From Nitrososphaera viennensis EN76 (GTDB taxonomy: Archaea; Thermoproteota; Nitrososphaeria; Nitrososphaerales; Nitrososphaeraceae): a stretch of 32,000 bases of DNA. The position numbers were made by a program, and so were the translations under genes. Below, piece after piece: positions 1 to 7,888 of the stretch. Below the pieces are notes generated by a model. The model was given only the letters and a program-made list of their open reading frames with translations, was not told the origin of the DNA and ran no database searches. Every line of letters starts with the position of its first letter. The stretch's first letter is position 1. The DNA lies in NCBI RefSeq assembly GCF_000698785.1, contig NZ_CP007536.1:270001-302000 (forward strand). The letters are read 5' to 3'.

Positions 1-4
1 GACG

Positions 5-685
5 ATGGTGCAGCTCCTGTCAAAGGGGGCGCGCCACAATTTTATCGAAGTGACCACTGCAGACCTTGGCAAGAACATCGGGAGGTCCCAGCAGGCTGCT
101 TCAAAGCACCTTTTGGATCTGGAGACGGCAGGCTATATAGAACGGGTGAGGCGCGGCCAGAAATTCGCCGTGCGCGTGACTGACAAGGGCAATACCGAGA
201 TCCAGAGCCTGTTCGCATCGCTAAAGTCGGCGCTTGAATCCGCGCCGGCCGCAATCGACTTTGAAGGAAGTGTCGTTTCAGGCATGGGCGAGGGCGCCTA
301 CTACATGTCGCTTGAAGGCTACAAAAAGCAGTTCCTTGAAAAGCTGGGCTACGAGCCATACCCCGGCACGCTCAACGTGCGCCTTACAGATCAGGTGTAT
401 ATGAACGCAAGGCGGGAGCTTGGGCGCCACCCGTCGATATTCCTTGAAGGCTTTTCCGACGGGACGCGCACGTACGGCTGGGTAAAATGCTACAGGGCAT
501 CCATAAACGACGGCGCGATGGAAAACGCCGCCGTCCTTGTCTTGGAGCGGACGCACTATGACGACAGCATGCTTGAAGTCATTGCGCCGGTTTCAATAAA
601 GGACGCGACCGGGATAAAGAACGGCGACAGGATAAAGGTGCAGGTAAGGATAGACAACAGTCATGGTCATCATCAGATGCCGTAG
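5..685 (+). CDS. ribK: CTP-dependent (archaeal-type) riboflavin kinase fused to an N-terminal winged-helix DNA-binding domain (RbkR-type bifunctional kinase/regulator). The 5' end may lie upstream of the window.
   Basis: The N-terminal part (TTADLGKNIGRSQQAASKHLLDLETAGYIERV) looks like a wHTH. The C-terminal part (GSVVSGMGEGAYYM...YPGTLNV...GWVKCY...VLVLERTHY...LEVIAP) matches the archaeal RibK beta-barrel kinase family. The reading frame is open to position 2 of the window. Confidence 0.8.
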   Translation: MVQLLSKGARHNFIEVTTADLGKNIGRSQQAASKHLLDLETAGYIERVRRGQKFAVRVTDKGNTEIQSLFASLKSALESAPAAIDFEGSVVSGMGEGAYYMSLEGYKKQFLEKLGYEPYPGTLNVRLTDQVYMNARRELGRHPSIFLEGFSDGTRTYGWVKCYRASINDGAMENAAVLVLERTHYDDSMLEVIAPVSIKDATGIKNGDRIKVQVRIDNSHGHHQMP

Positions 686-1302
686 ATGGTGTCGCCAAGC
701 TCTTCTTTTATCTTGGACGATTTTGACCCCGGTATTGGTGTCGACAGCCTGATCACCTGCACGTTGAGGTTGCGCTTTTTGCAGTTCTCTGCAACATCCT
801 TTTCGCTGTGCGCCTGATCGTAGCCAAGCGCAATCACGTCCGGCCTGACAAACTCGACTGTATCGTAGAGCGTCCCCTCTCTGCCGATGAGTGCAAGGTC
901 GACAAAGCTGAGCGACTCTACAAGCTCTTTTCGGAGGCCTTCATCGTGGTAAATCTTGCGGTCTTTTTTTATCTTCAGCGCGGTGGCGGTCCTTGCGATG
1001 ACTACTACCAGCACGTCTCCCACCTCCTTTGCCGCCTTTAGCGTATGGATGTGGCCGGGGTGTATCAGGTCAAAGACTCCGCCTACTAGCACCACCTTGA
1101 GCGCGTCGCGGCCGATGAACGTCAACCTTGGCGGGTTGCTGCCCTTTTCAACCATGCCTTTTGCTACGAGGTGCTTTATCCGCTCTTCAAAGAATTTCTT
1201 ACCAACCGTCAGCTTTGTCCTGAGCCTGTCGTACGCCGGCACGGAAGGGTCAAGCGAGCTTGCGTAAATTGCAGCAAGTATGGACTTGTCTTCAGGCTCC
1301 AT
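673..1302 (-). CDS. ribL: Cytidylyltransferase-fold FMN adenylyltransferase (RibL-like FAD synthetase) with an N-terminal extension of about 65 aa that looks like a winged helix
   Basis: It has the nucleotidyltransferase HxGH motif in GGVFDLIHPGHIHTLKAAK and the C-terminal SSKIKE-type motif of the cytidylyltransferase family. It starts at ATG. It converges on ribK with a 13-nt overlap of the 3' ends (673-685). Confidence 0.7.
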   Translation of the reverse strand: MEPEDKSILAAIYASSLDPSVPAYDRLRTKLTVGKKFFEERIKHLVAKGMVEKGSNPPRLTFIGRDALKVVLVGGVFDLIHPGHIHTLKAAKEVGDVLVVVIARTATALKIKKDRKIYHDEGLRKELVESLSFVDLALIGREGTLYDTVEFVRPDVIALGYDQAHSEKDVAENCKKRNLNVQVIRLSTPIPGSKSSKIKEELGDTIYGI

Positions 1303-1347
1303 CTATATGGTCTCCGAAAGCGACAGGTGGGTGTGGGGCTGCTAACT

Positions 1348-2409
1348 CTATAAATCATTCGACTTTTTTTGGGTCACGTAATAGTAGTTCAGCATGTCGC
1401 CCTCCACCTGCTTGACGTCTACGCTTCCAAAGCCTGCCTCTGCCAGCTTTTCCTTTGCCTTCTGCTCGCCCCACACGGTGCCAAGCCCTTCGCCACCGTA
1501 TGCAAGCGACACGGTCATGCAGTGCATGGTGGAAATCGTGTATAGCGTCGGCGCAAGCGTGTTCTGCATATTTTCATGCAGGCGGCTTGAAGCGGCAATG
1601 TCCTGCATCAAAAACGTGCCTCCCTTACGCAGCGCCCTGTAGATGCACTTGAGCACCTTGGTGGGCCTTGCCTGGTCATGTATCGTGTCAAACGCAGTGA
1701 TGAGGTCGAACTTTTCCCGGTCGTCTATCTTGGCAGCATCGACTATTTTGAACCGGGCGTTTTTGAGCTTCATCTTTTTTGCTTCTGCCCTTGCCGCACC
1801 GATGCCTTCCCTTGAAATGTCATAGCCCCAGAACCTGCTCTTTGGAAAGGTCCTTGCCATCAAGTTGATGGCATGTCCAGTGCCACAGCCGACGTCAAGC
1901 ACATCTATACCGGATTTGAGCCGGTCTGTCTGCCCTGCAAGCGGGAGTATGTCGCTTACCAGCCTTGCGTCAAACACGCGTGCAGTCTCTTCTGCCTGGA
2001 TTTCCTGGAACTTTGGAAACGCCGAATAGGGGACACCTCCTCCCTTTTTGAAGCACTTTACAATGTCGTCCTCGACGTTTCCCATGAGCGCAACATATTG
2101 TGTAAACATGGCAAGGTTGTCGATGCCTGCGGCACGCGTAAGACACGATGCGTGTGTAGCCGGCAGGCTGTACTTGCCCGCCGAAGGGTCATAGTCGATT
2201 ATCCTGCCTGTGACCATCGCGCCAAGCCACTCCCTGACGTACCGTTCGTTCAGCTTGGCAGCCTTGGCGATCTCGGCGCTCGTGGAAGGCGCAAGGCGCG
2301 CCATCGTGTCAAAGAGCCCTGCCTTGTGGCCCACGCTTGTCATGAGGCACAGCATGCCGTCGTTCAGGATCTGCAGGAACCTGCCGCTAAAATCATCATC
2401 CTTGCTCAT
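1348..2409 (-). CDS. Class I SAM-dependent methyltransferase with an N-terminal winged-helix-like dimerisation/substrate domain
   Basis: Motif I is VLDVGCGTGHAINLMA. Downstream acidic and post-I motifs are present (GYDIS, FDLITAFDTIHD, GGTFLMQD). It starts at ATG. The substrate cannot be assigned from sequence. Confidence 0.75.
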   Translation of the reverse strand: MSKDDDFSGRFLQILNDGMLCLMTSVGHKAGLFDTMARLAPSTSAEIAKAAKLNERYVREWLGAMVTGRIIDYDPSAGKYSLPATHASCLTRAAGIDNLAMFTQYVALMGNVEDDIVKCFKKGGGVPYSAFPKFQEIQAEETARVFDARLVSDILPLAGQTDRLKSGIDVLDVGCGTGHAINLMARTFPKSRFWGYDISREGIGAARAEAKKMKLKNARFKIVDAAKIDDREKFDLITAFDTIHDQARPTKVLKCIYRALRKGGTFLMQDIAASSRLHENMQNTLAPTLYTISTMHCMTVSLAYGGEGLGTVWGEQKAKEKLAEAGFGSVDVKQVEGDMLNYYYVTQKKSNDL

Positions 2410-2496
2410 ACGTATTCTTCATACCTGCAAAAAGGAGTTAAACTTAGCTCTACGCAAATAAGCAAGTGGTGTCTCTTTTTGCATGTATACACACAC

Positions 2497-3681
2497 ATGT
2501 CCTCGCCGGCAGAGATAAAGCGCAGGCTGGAGCAGAACTGGATCCAGTTCCTGACTGCCAACTCCGCCCGGCTTTCTATGGACACGCTTGACGGCTCCAG
2601 CCCGCCGTCTGTGTTTGTGGGAAGGTACGGCTACCCGAAGGTGCGGATCGGGCCGATGATACCGCCCGTGCACGGCGATACTACTGTCTACGACAGGACC
2701 GAGATGTGGGTGGGCAAGACGCTTGAAGAGATCGCCAACCTGCGCCTGTCGCTTGTGCGCGGGGTGATGAGCGTAAACGTTGGCGACACGTCCGGCCGCT
2801 ACATCGAAAACCTCCAAGAGCTTGCCATGTCCGAAAGGCCCGCGGAAAGCGAGGCCATGTTTGAGAAAAAGCCGCTTGCCGACACCGAGCTTGACCGCGA
2901 ACTCAGACTGAACACGGAAGCGGCGCCCTTTGGCCCCGCCGCACCAATAAAGACGTTCAAGGCGTCGTCGCTTTCGGCCGACCAGAAAATCGAGTCAGCG
3001 TTCTACGACGGCGACCTGCGCGCAAAAGACGCGGTGATGGAGCTTTACAAAAAGGGGATAGAGACAAGCAGGATCCACAGGGTCCTGAGCGTTGGGATGC
3101 TCGGGCTGAAAAAGAACCGCAAGCTGGTGCCCACAAGGTGGAGCATCACCGCGACCGACGACATCATCTCTGCAAACGTTGTCAGGCAGAACGAGGCAAA
3201 CGAAAGCATCGACCTCTTTGAAGTGAGGCAGTACTCGCACCTTGGCAACTATTACTCTGTCATACTGATACCCGACAGCATATGGAGCTTTGAGATGATC
3301 GAGTCGTGGTACGCCGGCGACGGCAAGATGGCGACCGGCGCCGACTATGAGGACGCAAGGGGCCTCGACCACTATCCATCGATAGCCGGCGCGTATTTCG
3401 CGGCGCGGCTTGCAGTCGCCGAGCATCTGGCAAAGAGGCATAGAAAGGCGGCCGCGCTCGTGCTGCGCGAGATCCACCCCGAGTACGTGATGCCCGTGGG
3501 CGTGTGGCAGATACGGGAGGGCGTGCGGGAGGCGCTCAAAAAGCCTGCAAAAGCGTTTGAGGGCCTTGACGGCGCGCTGGCGTTTGCATGCTCGACAATG
3601 TCGCAGTCAAGGACAGAGATCCTGCGCCACAGCCAGCTGTACCGTAATTTCAGGTCGCAGACGAGGATTACCGATTTTTAA
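2497..3681 (+). CDS. nreA: NreA-family archaeal DNA repair protein (Nre_N/Nre_C, DUF650/651 type) with a C-terminal PIP-like box
   Basis: SPPSVFVGRYGYPKVRIGPMIPP and later blocks (LVPTRWSITATDD, YPSIAGAYFAARLAV, PVGVWQIREG) fit my memory of the Nre family. The track ORF 1873-3681 is artificially extended antisense through the methyltransferase. The first sensible ATG after the divergent gene is at 2497. The C-terminus is SQTRITDF. Confidence 0.75.
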   Translation: MSSPAEIKRRLEQNWIQFLTANSARLSMDTLDGSSPPSVFVGRYGYPKVRIGPMIPPVHGDTTVYDRTEMWVGKTLEEIANLRLSLVRGVMSVNVGDTSGRYIENLQELAMSERPAESEAMFEKKPLADTELDRELRLNTEAAPFGPAAPIKTFKASSLSADQKIESAFYDGDLRAKDAVMELYKKGIETSRIHRVLSVGMLGLKKNRKLVPTRWSITATDDIISANVVRQNEANESIDLFEVRQYSHLGNYYSVILIPDSIWSFEMIESWYAGDGKMATGADYEDARGLDHYPSIAGAYFAARLAVAEHLAKRHRKAAALVLREIHPEYVMPVGVWQIREGVREALKKPAKAFEGLDGALAFACSTMSQSRTEILRHSQLYRNFRSQTRITDF

Positions 3682-3736
3682 TAATAATGACGACAATAAC
3701 GCAAAGGGTCATATATTGCCGCTACGAAGTCTCGGC

Positions 3737-4030
3737 ATGAGCGACGCTCTTCCAGAAGGCGTAAAGCATCTCGTCCCAATCGTGCCAGTGGAAAAGGCCC
3801 CGAAAATCACCGACCAGGCAAAGGAGGAGCTAAAGAGCGTGGGCATGATGGATGAAAAGGGCAAATTAAAGATTAAAGGCGTCAGTCCCAAGATGTTAAA
3901 GCGCATGAAACAGGAGCAGGTTCCCTGCCCAGTGCTCAAGCAAGACATCGCCTTTGTTCAGTGCTACGTCTGCCGCAACTTCCACAGCAGGATCTCCGGG
4001 CAGGTGTACTGCAAGGGCGAGCCTCTCTAG
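3737..4030 (+). CDS. Small (97 aa) basic Cys-rich hypothetical protein, possibly zinc-binding
   Basis: This is the ATG-started portion of track ORF 3557-4030; the upstream part overlaps the nreA 3' end. The Cys pattern is C-x11-C-x2-C-x12-C (CPVLKQDIAFVQCYVCRNFHSRISGQVYC). The stop codon TAG lies inside the IS target duplication. Confidence 0.45.
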   Translation: MSDALPEGVKHLVPIVPVEKAPKITDQAKEELKSVGMMDEKGKLKIKGVSPKMLKRMKQEQVPCPVLKQDIAFVQCYVCRNFHSRISGQVYCKGEPL

Positions 4031-4031
4031 G
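4026..4031. repeat. Target-site duplication, left copy (TCTAGG)
   Basis: It is identical to 5060-5065 and lies immediately outside the IS ends. It matches the NCTAGN target preference known for IS481. Confidence 0.8.
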
Positions 4032-4083
4032 TGTTGTACTTACACAGATGGGTAACACTTTCAGTTACAGACATAGGTAACAC
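4032..4083. repeat. Left terminal inverted repeat of the IS
   Basis: The left end reads TGTTGTACTTACACAGATGGGTAACACTTTCAGTTACAGACATAGGTAACAC. The reverse complement of 5008-5059 reads TGTTGTACTTACACACATAGGTAACAGATTCGATTACCGACATGGGTAACAC. The first 15 nt are identical, and GGTAACA(C/G) motifs recur within the repeat. Confidence 0.85.
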
Positions 4084-4994
4084 TTTTTCAGCCGATTCTT
4101 GTTCCTTGTAGGCGTATTTAACAACTGCAGCCACCTTTCCTGCGGAGTCAGTCCTCCTATGCCGCCGTGTTCCCTGTCCATGTTATACGCATTGACAAAC
4201 ATGGTGTACCTTACCTTCCCGTCTTCTATGTCAAGGATTTCCTCCATTGCCAGGAACTCGTTCTTTACAATCTTGTTATAGGCCTCAACCTTGCCCTGCA
4301 GCTGAGGATACGCAGCTGGTATGGGCTTGTCACTGATGTCATTTTCTTTCAGGTACTGCCTGAACGATGTGGATACAAACTGCTTCCCGTTGTCATGCAT
4401 CACTTTCTTTGGCTTGCCGTTGGTACGTATCCAATCCTGCAGCACGTCAAGAACATCCTTGCTCCTCTTTCTTTCCGTCCATTTACTTACCACCTTCCGG
4501 GTACAATCGTCTATGCAGCTTACGATGTAGTTTTTCGTGTTTGAGTTACGAAGGTAGAACGGTCCCAAGATGTCCATCTGGACCATGTCGTTTGGGTGTT
4601 TCTTCTCAAAGCGCCTGTACTTTCTTATCTTCAGCTTGCAGCTCAGCCTGTTCAGGCCATGCCTTTTCAGTACCTTGTAGACTGTCCTGCTGCTGAGGGA
4701 TACTCCAAGCCTCTTTAGCCTGAATTTTATTCTGGCAGTACCAAACCTGCTGTCCAGGCGTAGGCCGAGGATGATCTGTTCCAGCTCAGGGGTTACCTTC
4801 TCTCCTGTAATACTATGTGGCCTTCTGGACAAGTCCTTCAGTCCGTCGATGCCGCGTGCAAGGTACCTTTTCTTCCACTTGTAGTATGTCTTCCTTGATA
4901 CGCCGTACTTTCTGCAGATGTTGGTGACGCTCTCTCCAGTACGTTCGTGTTCGTGAATCAGGTTGAATCTTGTCCCTTCTATCTCTGATGACAC
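4065..4994 (-). CDS. IS481-family DDE transposase (N-terminal HTH plus rve integrase core)
   Basis: The N-terminal HTH reads ICRKYGVSRKTYYKWKKRY. Candidate catalytic residues are D in VQMDILGP, D in VMHDNGKQF and E in QGKVEAYNK, with typical rve spacing. The 309-aa ORF is uninterrupted. Confidence 0.85.
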   Translation of the reverse strand: MSSEIEGTRFNLIHEHERTGESVTNICRKYGVSRKTYYKWKKRYLARGIDGLKDLSRRPHSITGEKVTPELEQIILGLRLDSRFGTARIKFRLKRLGVSLSSRTVYKVLKRHGLNRLSCKLKIRKYRRFEKKHPNDMVQMDILGPFYLRNSNTKNYIVSCIDDCTRKVVSKWTERKRSKDVLDVLQDWIRTNGKPKKVMHDNGKQFVSTSFRQYLKENDISDKPIPAAYPQLQGKVEAYNKIVKNEFLAMEEILDIEDGKVRYTMFVNAYNMDREHGGIGGLTPQERWLQLLNTPTRNKNRLKKCYLCL

Positions 4995-5007
4995 TTCCTA
5001 GCCGGAA

Positions 5008-5059
5008 GTGTTACCCATGTCGGTAATCGAATCTGTTACCTATGTGTGTAAGTACAACA
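5008..5059. repeat. Right terminal inverted repeat of the IS
   Basis: This is the reverse-complement partner of 4032-4083 (44 of 52 identical by hand alignment). Confidence 0.85.
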
Positions 5060-5065
5060 TCTAGG
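5060..5065. repeat. Target-site duplication, right copy (TCTAGG)
   Basis: It is identical to 4026-4031. Confidence 0.8.
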
Positions 5066-5069
5066 AAAC

Positions 5070-5078
5070 TTTCATAAA
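5070..5078 (+). promoter_or_regulatory. TATA-like box (TTTCATAAA) upstream of proS
   Basis: This A/T-rich octamer lies 25-33 nt upstream of the proS TTG start. That spacing is typical of archaeal leaderless or short-leader promoters. Confidence 0.35.
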
Positions 5079-5102
5079 CCCTGCCACAACTGCTCCATTC
5101 TG

Positions 5103-6575
5103 TTGAACTCTCCGCAGCAGCCACCAAAGGAAGCAGTGGGCATCACCATCAAAAAAAGCGACGATTTCAGCGAATGGTACACGCAGGTGGTGATGAAGGC
5201 CGGCCTTGCCGACTACGCGCCTGTCAAGGGCTTTATCGTCCTTCGGCCGTACGGCTATGCCGTCTGGGAGTCAATCCGCGACATACTTGACAGGCGGTTC
5301 AAGGAGACCGGCCACCAGAACGGCTTTCTTCCTGTGCTGATACCTGAAGGGTTGCTCTCAAAAGAGGAAGACCACTTTGCAGGCTTTACGCCCGAAGTGT
5401 TCTGGGTAACGCAAGCCGGCAACAGTGACCTTGGCGAAAGGCTCGCCCTGCGCCCCACTTCTGAAACGCTGGCGTACTCGATATTTGCAAAGTGGATAAC
5501 AAGCTACCGCGACCTTCCCTTAAAGATCAATTTCTGGAATACCGCGCTTCGCGCCGAGATAAAGGCTACCAAGCCGTTCATACGCACGTCAGAGTTCCTC
5601 TGGCAGGAAGGCCACACCGTGCACGCAACGGAGGAGGATGCAGAGCAGGAAGTGATGTCGATACTTTCCATCTACCGCGAGCTCATAGAGGACCATCTTG
5701 CGGTTCCGGCGGTCAGGGGCTTCAAGAGCGACAAGGAAAAGTTTGTCGGCGCGAAATACACGACGACGCTTGAGGGCATGATGGCCGACGGCAAGGCGCT
5801 CCAGATGGGGACGTCGCACCACCTTGCCCAGAACTTTTCAAAACCCTTTGAGATAAAATACCTCGGAAGAGACACGAAGGAGCACCTTGCGTGGCAGACC
5901 TCGTGGGGGGTCTCGTGGCGCCTTATCGGGGCGATAATCATGGTGCACGGCGACGACAAGGGCCTGATACTGCCGCCCAAGATCGCGCCAATTCAAGTCG
6001 TTGTCGTGCCGATACACAAGGACAAGGACGCGCAGGCAGTCAAGGAAAAGGCGCACGAAATCGCGCAAGAGCTGAAAAGCGCGGGAATCCGCGTGCACGT
6101 CGACGACCGCGACGAGTACACGTCGGGCTGGAAGTTCAACGAGTGGGAGATGAAGGGCGTGCCACTTCGCATAAACATCGGCGCCCGCGACATCGAAAAG
6201 GGACAGGTTGAGTTTGTCAGGCGCGATAGCCGCGATATTCGCGACAAAATCCAATCGCCGCGTACGGATCTTGTCAAGAGAACAAATGAGCTTTTGGAAG
6301 AGGTGCAAGAAAGCCTCTTTGCCAAGGCAAAAGCACTCCTTGACGGCTACGTTTCAACCCCTGCAAGTTATTCTGAATTCAAGTCGATAATCGAGGGCAA
6401 GGGCGGCTTTGCGCGTGCAGGATGGTGCGGCGAGCCAAAGTGCGAGCTGGCAATAAAGGAGGAGACAGGAGCCGACATTCGCGTCATCCCGTTTGACCAG
6501 GACGGCATGCCTGAAAAGTGCATTTACTGCGGGCAGGCTGCAAAGAAGGTCGCCATGTTTGGAAGGGCATACTAA
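5103..6575 (+). CDS. proS: Prolyl-tRNA synthetase, archaeal/eukaryotic type (class IIa)
   Basis: FSEWYTQVVMKAGLADYAPVKGFIVLRPYGYAVWE, the class II motifs, and a C-terminal zinc-binding domain (CGEPKCE...CIYCG) ending in the conserved terminal Tyr (GRAY). The only start preserving the conserved N-terminus is TTG at 5103. Confidence 0.9.
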   Translation: MNSPQQPPKEAVGITIKKSDDFSEWYTQVVMKAGLADYAPVKGFIVLRPYGYAVWESIRDILDRRFKETGHQNGFLPVLIPEGLLSKEEDHFAGFTPEVFWVTQAGNSDLGERLALRPTSETLAYSIFAKWITSYRDLPLKINFWNTALRAEIKATKPFIRTSEFLWQEGHTVHATEEDAEQEVMSILSIYRELIEDHLAVPAVRGFKSDKEKFVGAKYTTTLEGMMADGKALQMGTSHHLAQNFSKPFEIKYLGRDTKEHLAWQTSWGVSWRLIGAIIMVHGDDKGLILPPKIAPIQVVVVPIHKDKDAQAVKEKAHEIAQELKSAGIRVHVDDRDEYTSGWKFNEWEMKGVPLRINIGARDIEKGQVEFVRRDSRDIRDKIQSPRTDLVKRTNELLEEVQESLFAKAKALLDGYVSTPASYSEFKSIIEGKGGFARAGWCGEPKCELAIKEETGADIRVIPFDQDGMPEKCIYCGQAAKKVAMFGRAY

Positions 6576-6606
6576 TTAAGGGATAAAGCGCGAGAGCTAG
6601 TTACGC

Positions 6607-7287
6607 TTGGTCGACCTTGCAGACCTGTTCCCGTTCGACGAACAGCTGGGATACCTTAGCATACTCTTGATAAGCTTTGTCGGGAGCCTCATCGTCTTCA
6701 TACCTGTCCCGTATTTTCCTGTAATCCTTGCAGCCGCGCTCAACGAAAAGTTCGACCCGCACCTGATAGCAATAGTGAGCGCTGTCGGGACAGTCATAGC
6801 CAAGACCATCATATTCTTTGTGAGCTATTACGGCCGCAAAATGCTCAGCCAAAAGACAAAGAAGCGAATGCTCCCATTGCAGAGGCTGGTGAGCAAGTAC
6901 GGGTGGCCAGGAGCTTTTGTAGCTGCTGCGACTCCGATCCCAGACGACATTGTCTACATACCGCTCGGACTGGCAAGGTACAGCCCGTGGAAGTTCGCGC
7001 TTTCGACGTTCGCAGGCAAGGTGGCAATGAACGAGGCAATAGTGTGGAGCACCATTTTCCTTGGCAGGCCCCTTGTCGACGACGTCGTGTCAAGCACGCA
7101 GGACGACACGACGCTTGCAATAATCGCGGTGGCAAGCATCGCAGTCATGGGGGTGATAATCTACTATTCGCTCAAGATAGACTGGGGAAAACTCATCGGC
7201 AAGTGGTTTCCGTGGGCCGTCAAGGAAGACGAAGAAGAAGAGGGAGAGAAAGAGGAGACAAAAGGCAACCCTGAAAAGAAGGACTAG
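6607..7287 (+). CDS. DedA/VTT (SNARE-associated) family membrane protein with an acidic C-terminal tail
   Basis: It has several hydrophobic helices, the F/Y-IPVPYFPV and PIPDDIVYIPLG motifs characteristic of DedA/VTT domains, and a KEDEEEEGEKEE tail. It starts at TTG. Confidence 0.7.
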   Translation: MVDLADLFPFDEQLGYLSILLISFVGSLIVFIPVPYFPVILAAALNEKFDPHLIAIVSAVGTVIAKTIIFFVSYYGRKMLSQKTKKRMLPLQRLVSKYGWPGAFVAAATPIPDDIVYIPLGLARYSPWKFALSTFAGKVAMNEAIVWSTIFLGRPLVDDVVSSTQDDTTLAIIAVASIAVMGVIIYYSLKIDWGKLIGKWFPWAVKEDEEEEGEKEETKGNPEKKD

Positions 7288-7297
7288 CTAGCTGTCT

Positions 7298-7669
7298 CTA
7301 GGGCTTTCTGTCGGAACTGACGCCGCGCTTTAGCTCTATTTCGACATAGTCTTCTTCCATGCCTGCGACGCAGTCGGTGACCACCGCCTTGACCGTCTGG
7401 AAGTGGATCTTGCCCGCCGGCGCCTTGCCAGCCTTTTGCATGGACGCAAGCTTGTGCTCAAGGCCGTCCTTGTGGTCGTCGCACACGACTGCAACCATGT
7501 ACTCGCCGTCGTGCGACTTTATGGAAACGACATAAGACGGTGGCAGGCGGCATTCGTTTCCGTCGACCTTGACGGAGCAGGATTCTGGAAGGAGCACGCA
7601 ATCTGTGGGGCCTAATCGGTATAAATCCGTTCGCGGGAAGAAATTTGGTTTATAAAACGGTGGCTCCAC
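7298..7669 (-). CDS. Hypothetical protein (123 aa from GTG at 7669; alternative GTG at 7597 gives 99 aa)
   Basis: This is an open frame with coding-like composition and no family I recognise. The 5' 70 nt overlap a TATA-like palindrome, so the shorter form is plausible. Confidence 0.4.
   Translation of the reverse strand: MEPPFYKPNFFPRTDLYRLGPTDCVLLPESCSVKVDGNECRLPPSYVVSIKSHDGEYMVAVVCDDHKDGLEHKLASMQKAGKAPAGKIHFQTVKAVVTDCVAGMEEDYVEIELKRGVSSDRKP
7649..7657. promoter_or_regulatory. Near-palindromic TATA-like box TTTATAAAA, possibly serving the divergent small genes
   Basis: It lies 30 nt upstream of the ATG at 7688 on the + strand. Its reverse complement TTTTATAAA faces the minus-strand ORF. 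Confidence 0.35.
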
Positions 7670-7687
7670 TTGCCGGTGTAATCTGAT

Positions 7688-7861
7688 ATGGGTAGCCGAA
7701 GAAGAAAGGCCGCAGCCCGGCCGATGAGCAGGGCCCGCATGACGGACGGCAAGTGCCCCAAGTGCACCACGATAGTCAAGTTCAAGGTTTCCGGCGACGT
7801 GGGCAAGGAAATCTACGAGTGCACGTCGTGCATGTCCAAGTTCTCAATAGACGAGCTCTAG
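7688..7861 (+). CDS. 57-aa zinc-ribbon mini-protein (below the ORF-track length cutoff)
   Basis: My own translation is MGSRRRKAAARPMSRARMTDGKCPKCTTIVKFKVSGDVGKEIYECTSCMSKFSIDEL. It has two CxxC knuckles (CPKC, CTSC) separated by 18 residues and a basic N-terminus. The TATA-like box lies upstream. The antisense track ORF 7612-7806 has no such features. Confidence 0.5.
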   Translation: MGSRRRKAAARPMSRARMTDGKCPKCTTIVKFKVSGDVGKEIYECTSCMSKFSIDEL

Positions 7862-7888
7862 TCGTCGCAAAATCGCAACACGTTTTTC

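Larger units (their letters stand above)
4032..5059 (-). mobile_element. Intact IS481-family insertion sequence (1028 bp)
   Basis: It carries a single DDE/rve transposase ORF. It has 52-bp imperfect terminal inverted repeats starting TGT (44 of 52 positions match) and flanking perfect 6-bp direct repeats TCTAGG. It is visibly more AT-rich than its flanks. Confidence 0.85.

Noticed and set aside
1873-2496. The N-terminal 208 codons of track ORF 1873-3681, which would make a 602-aa protein
   Set aside because: This stretch is antisense to the well-supported methyltransferase and has a shadow-like Cys/Arg/His-rich sequence. NreA homology begins at the ATG at 2497.
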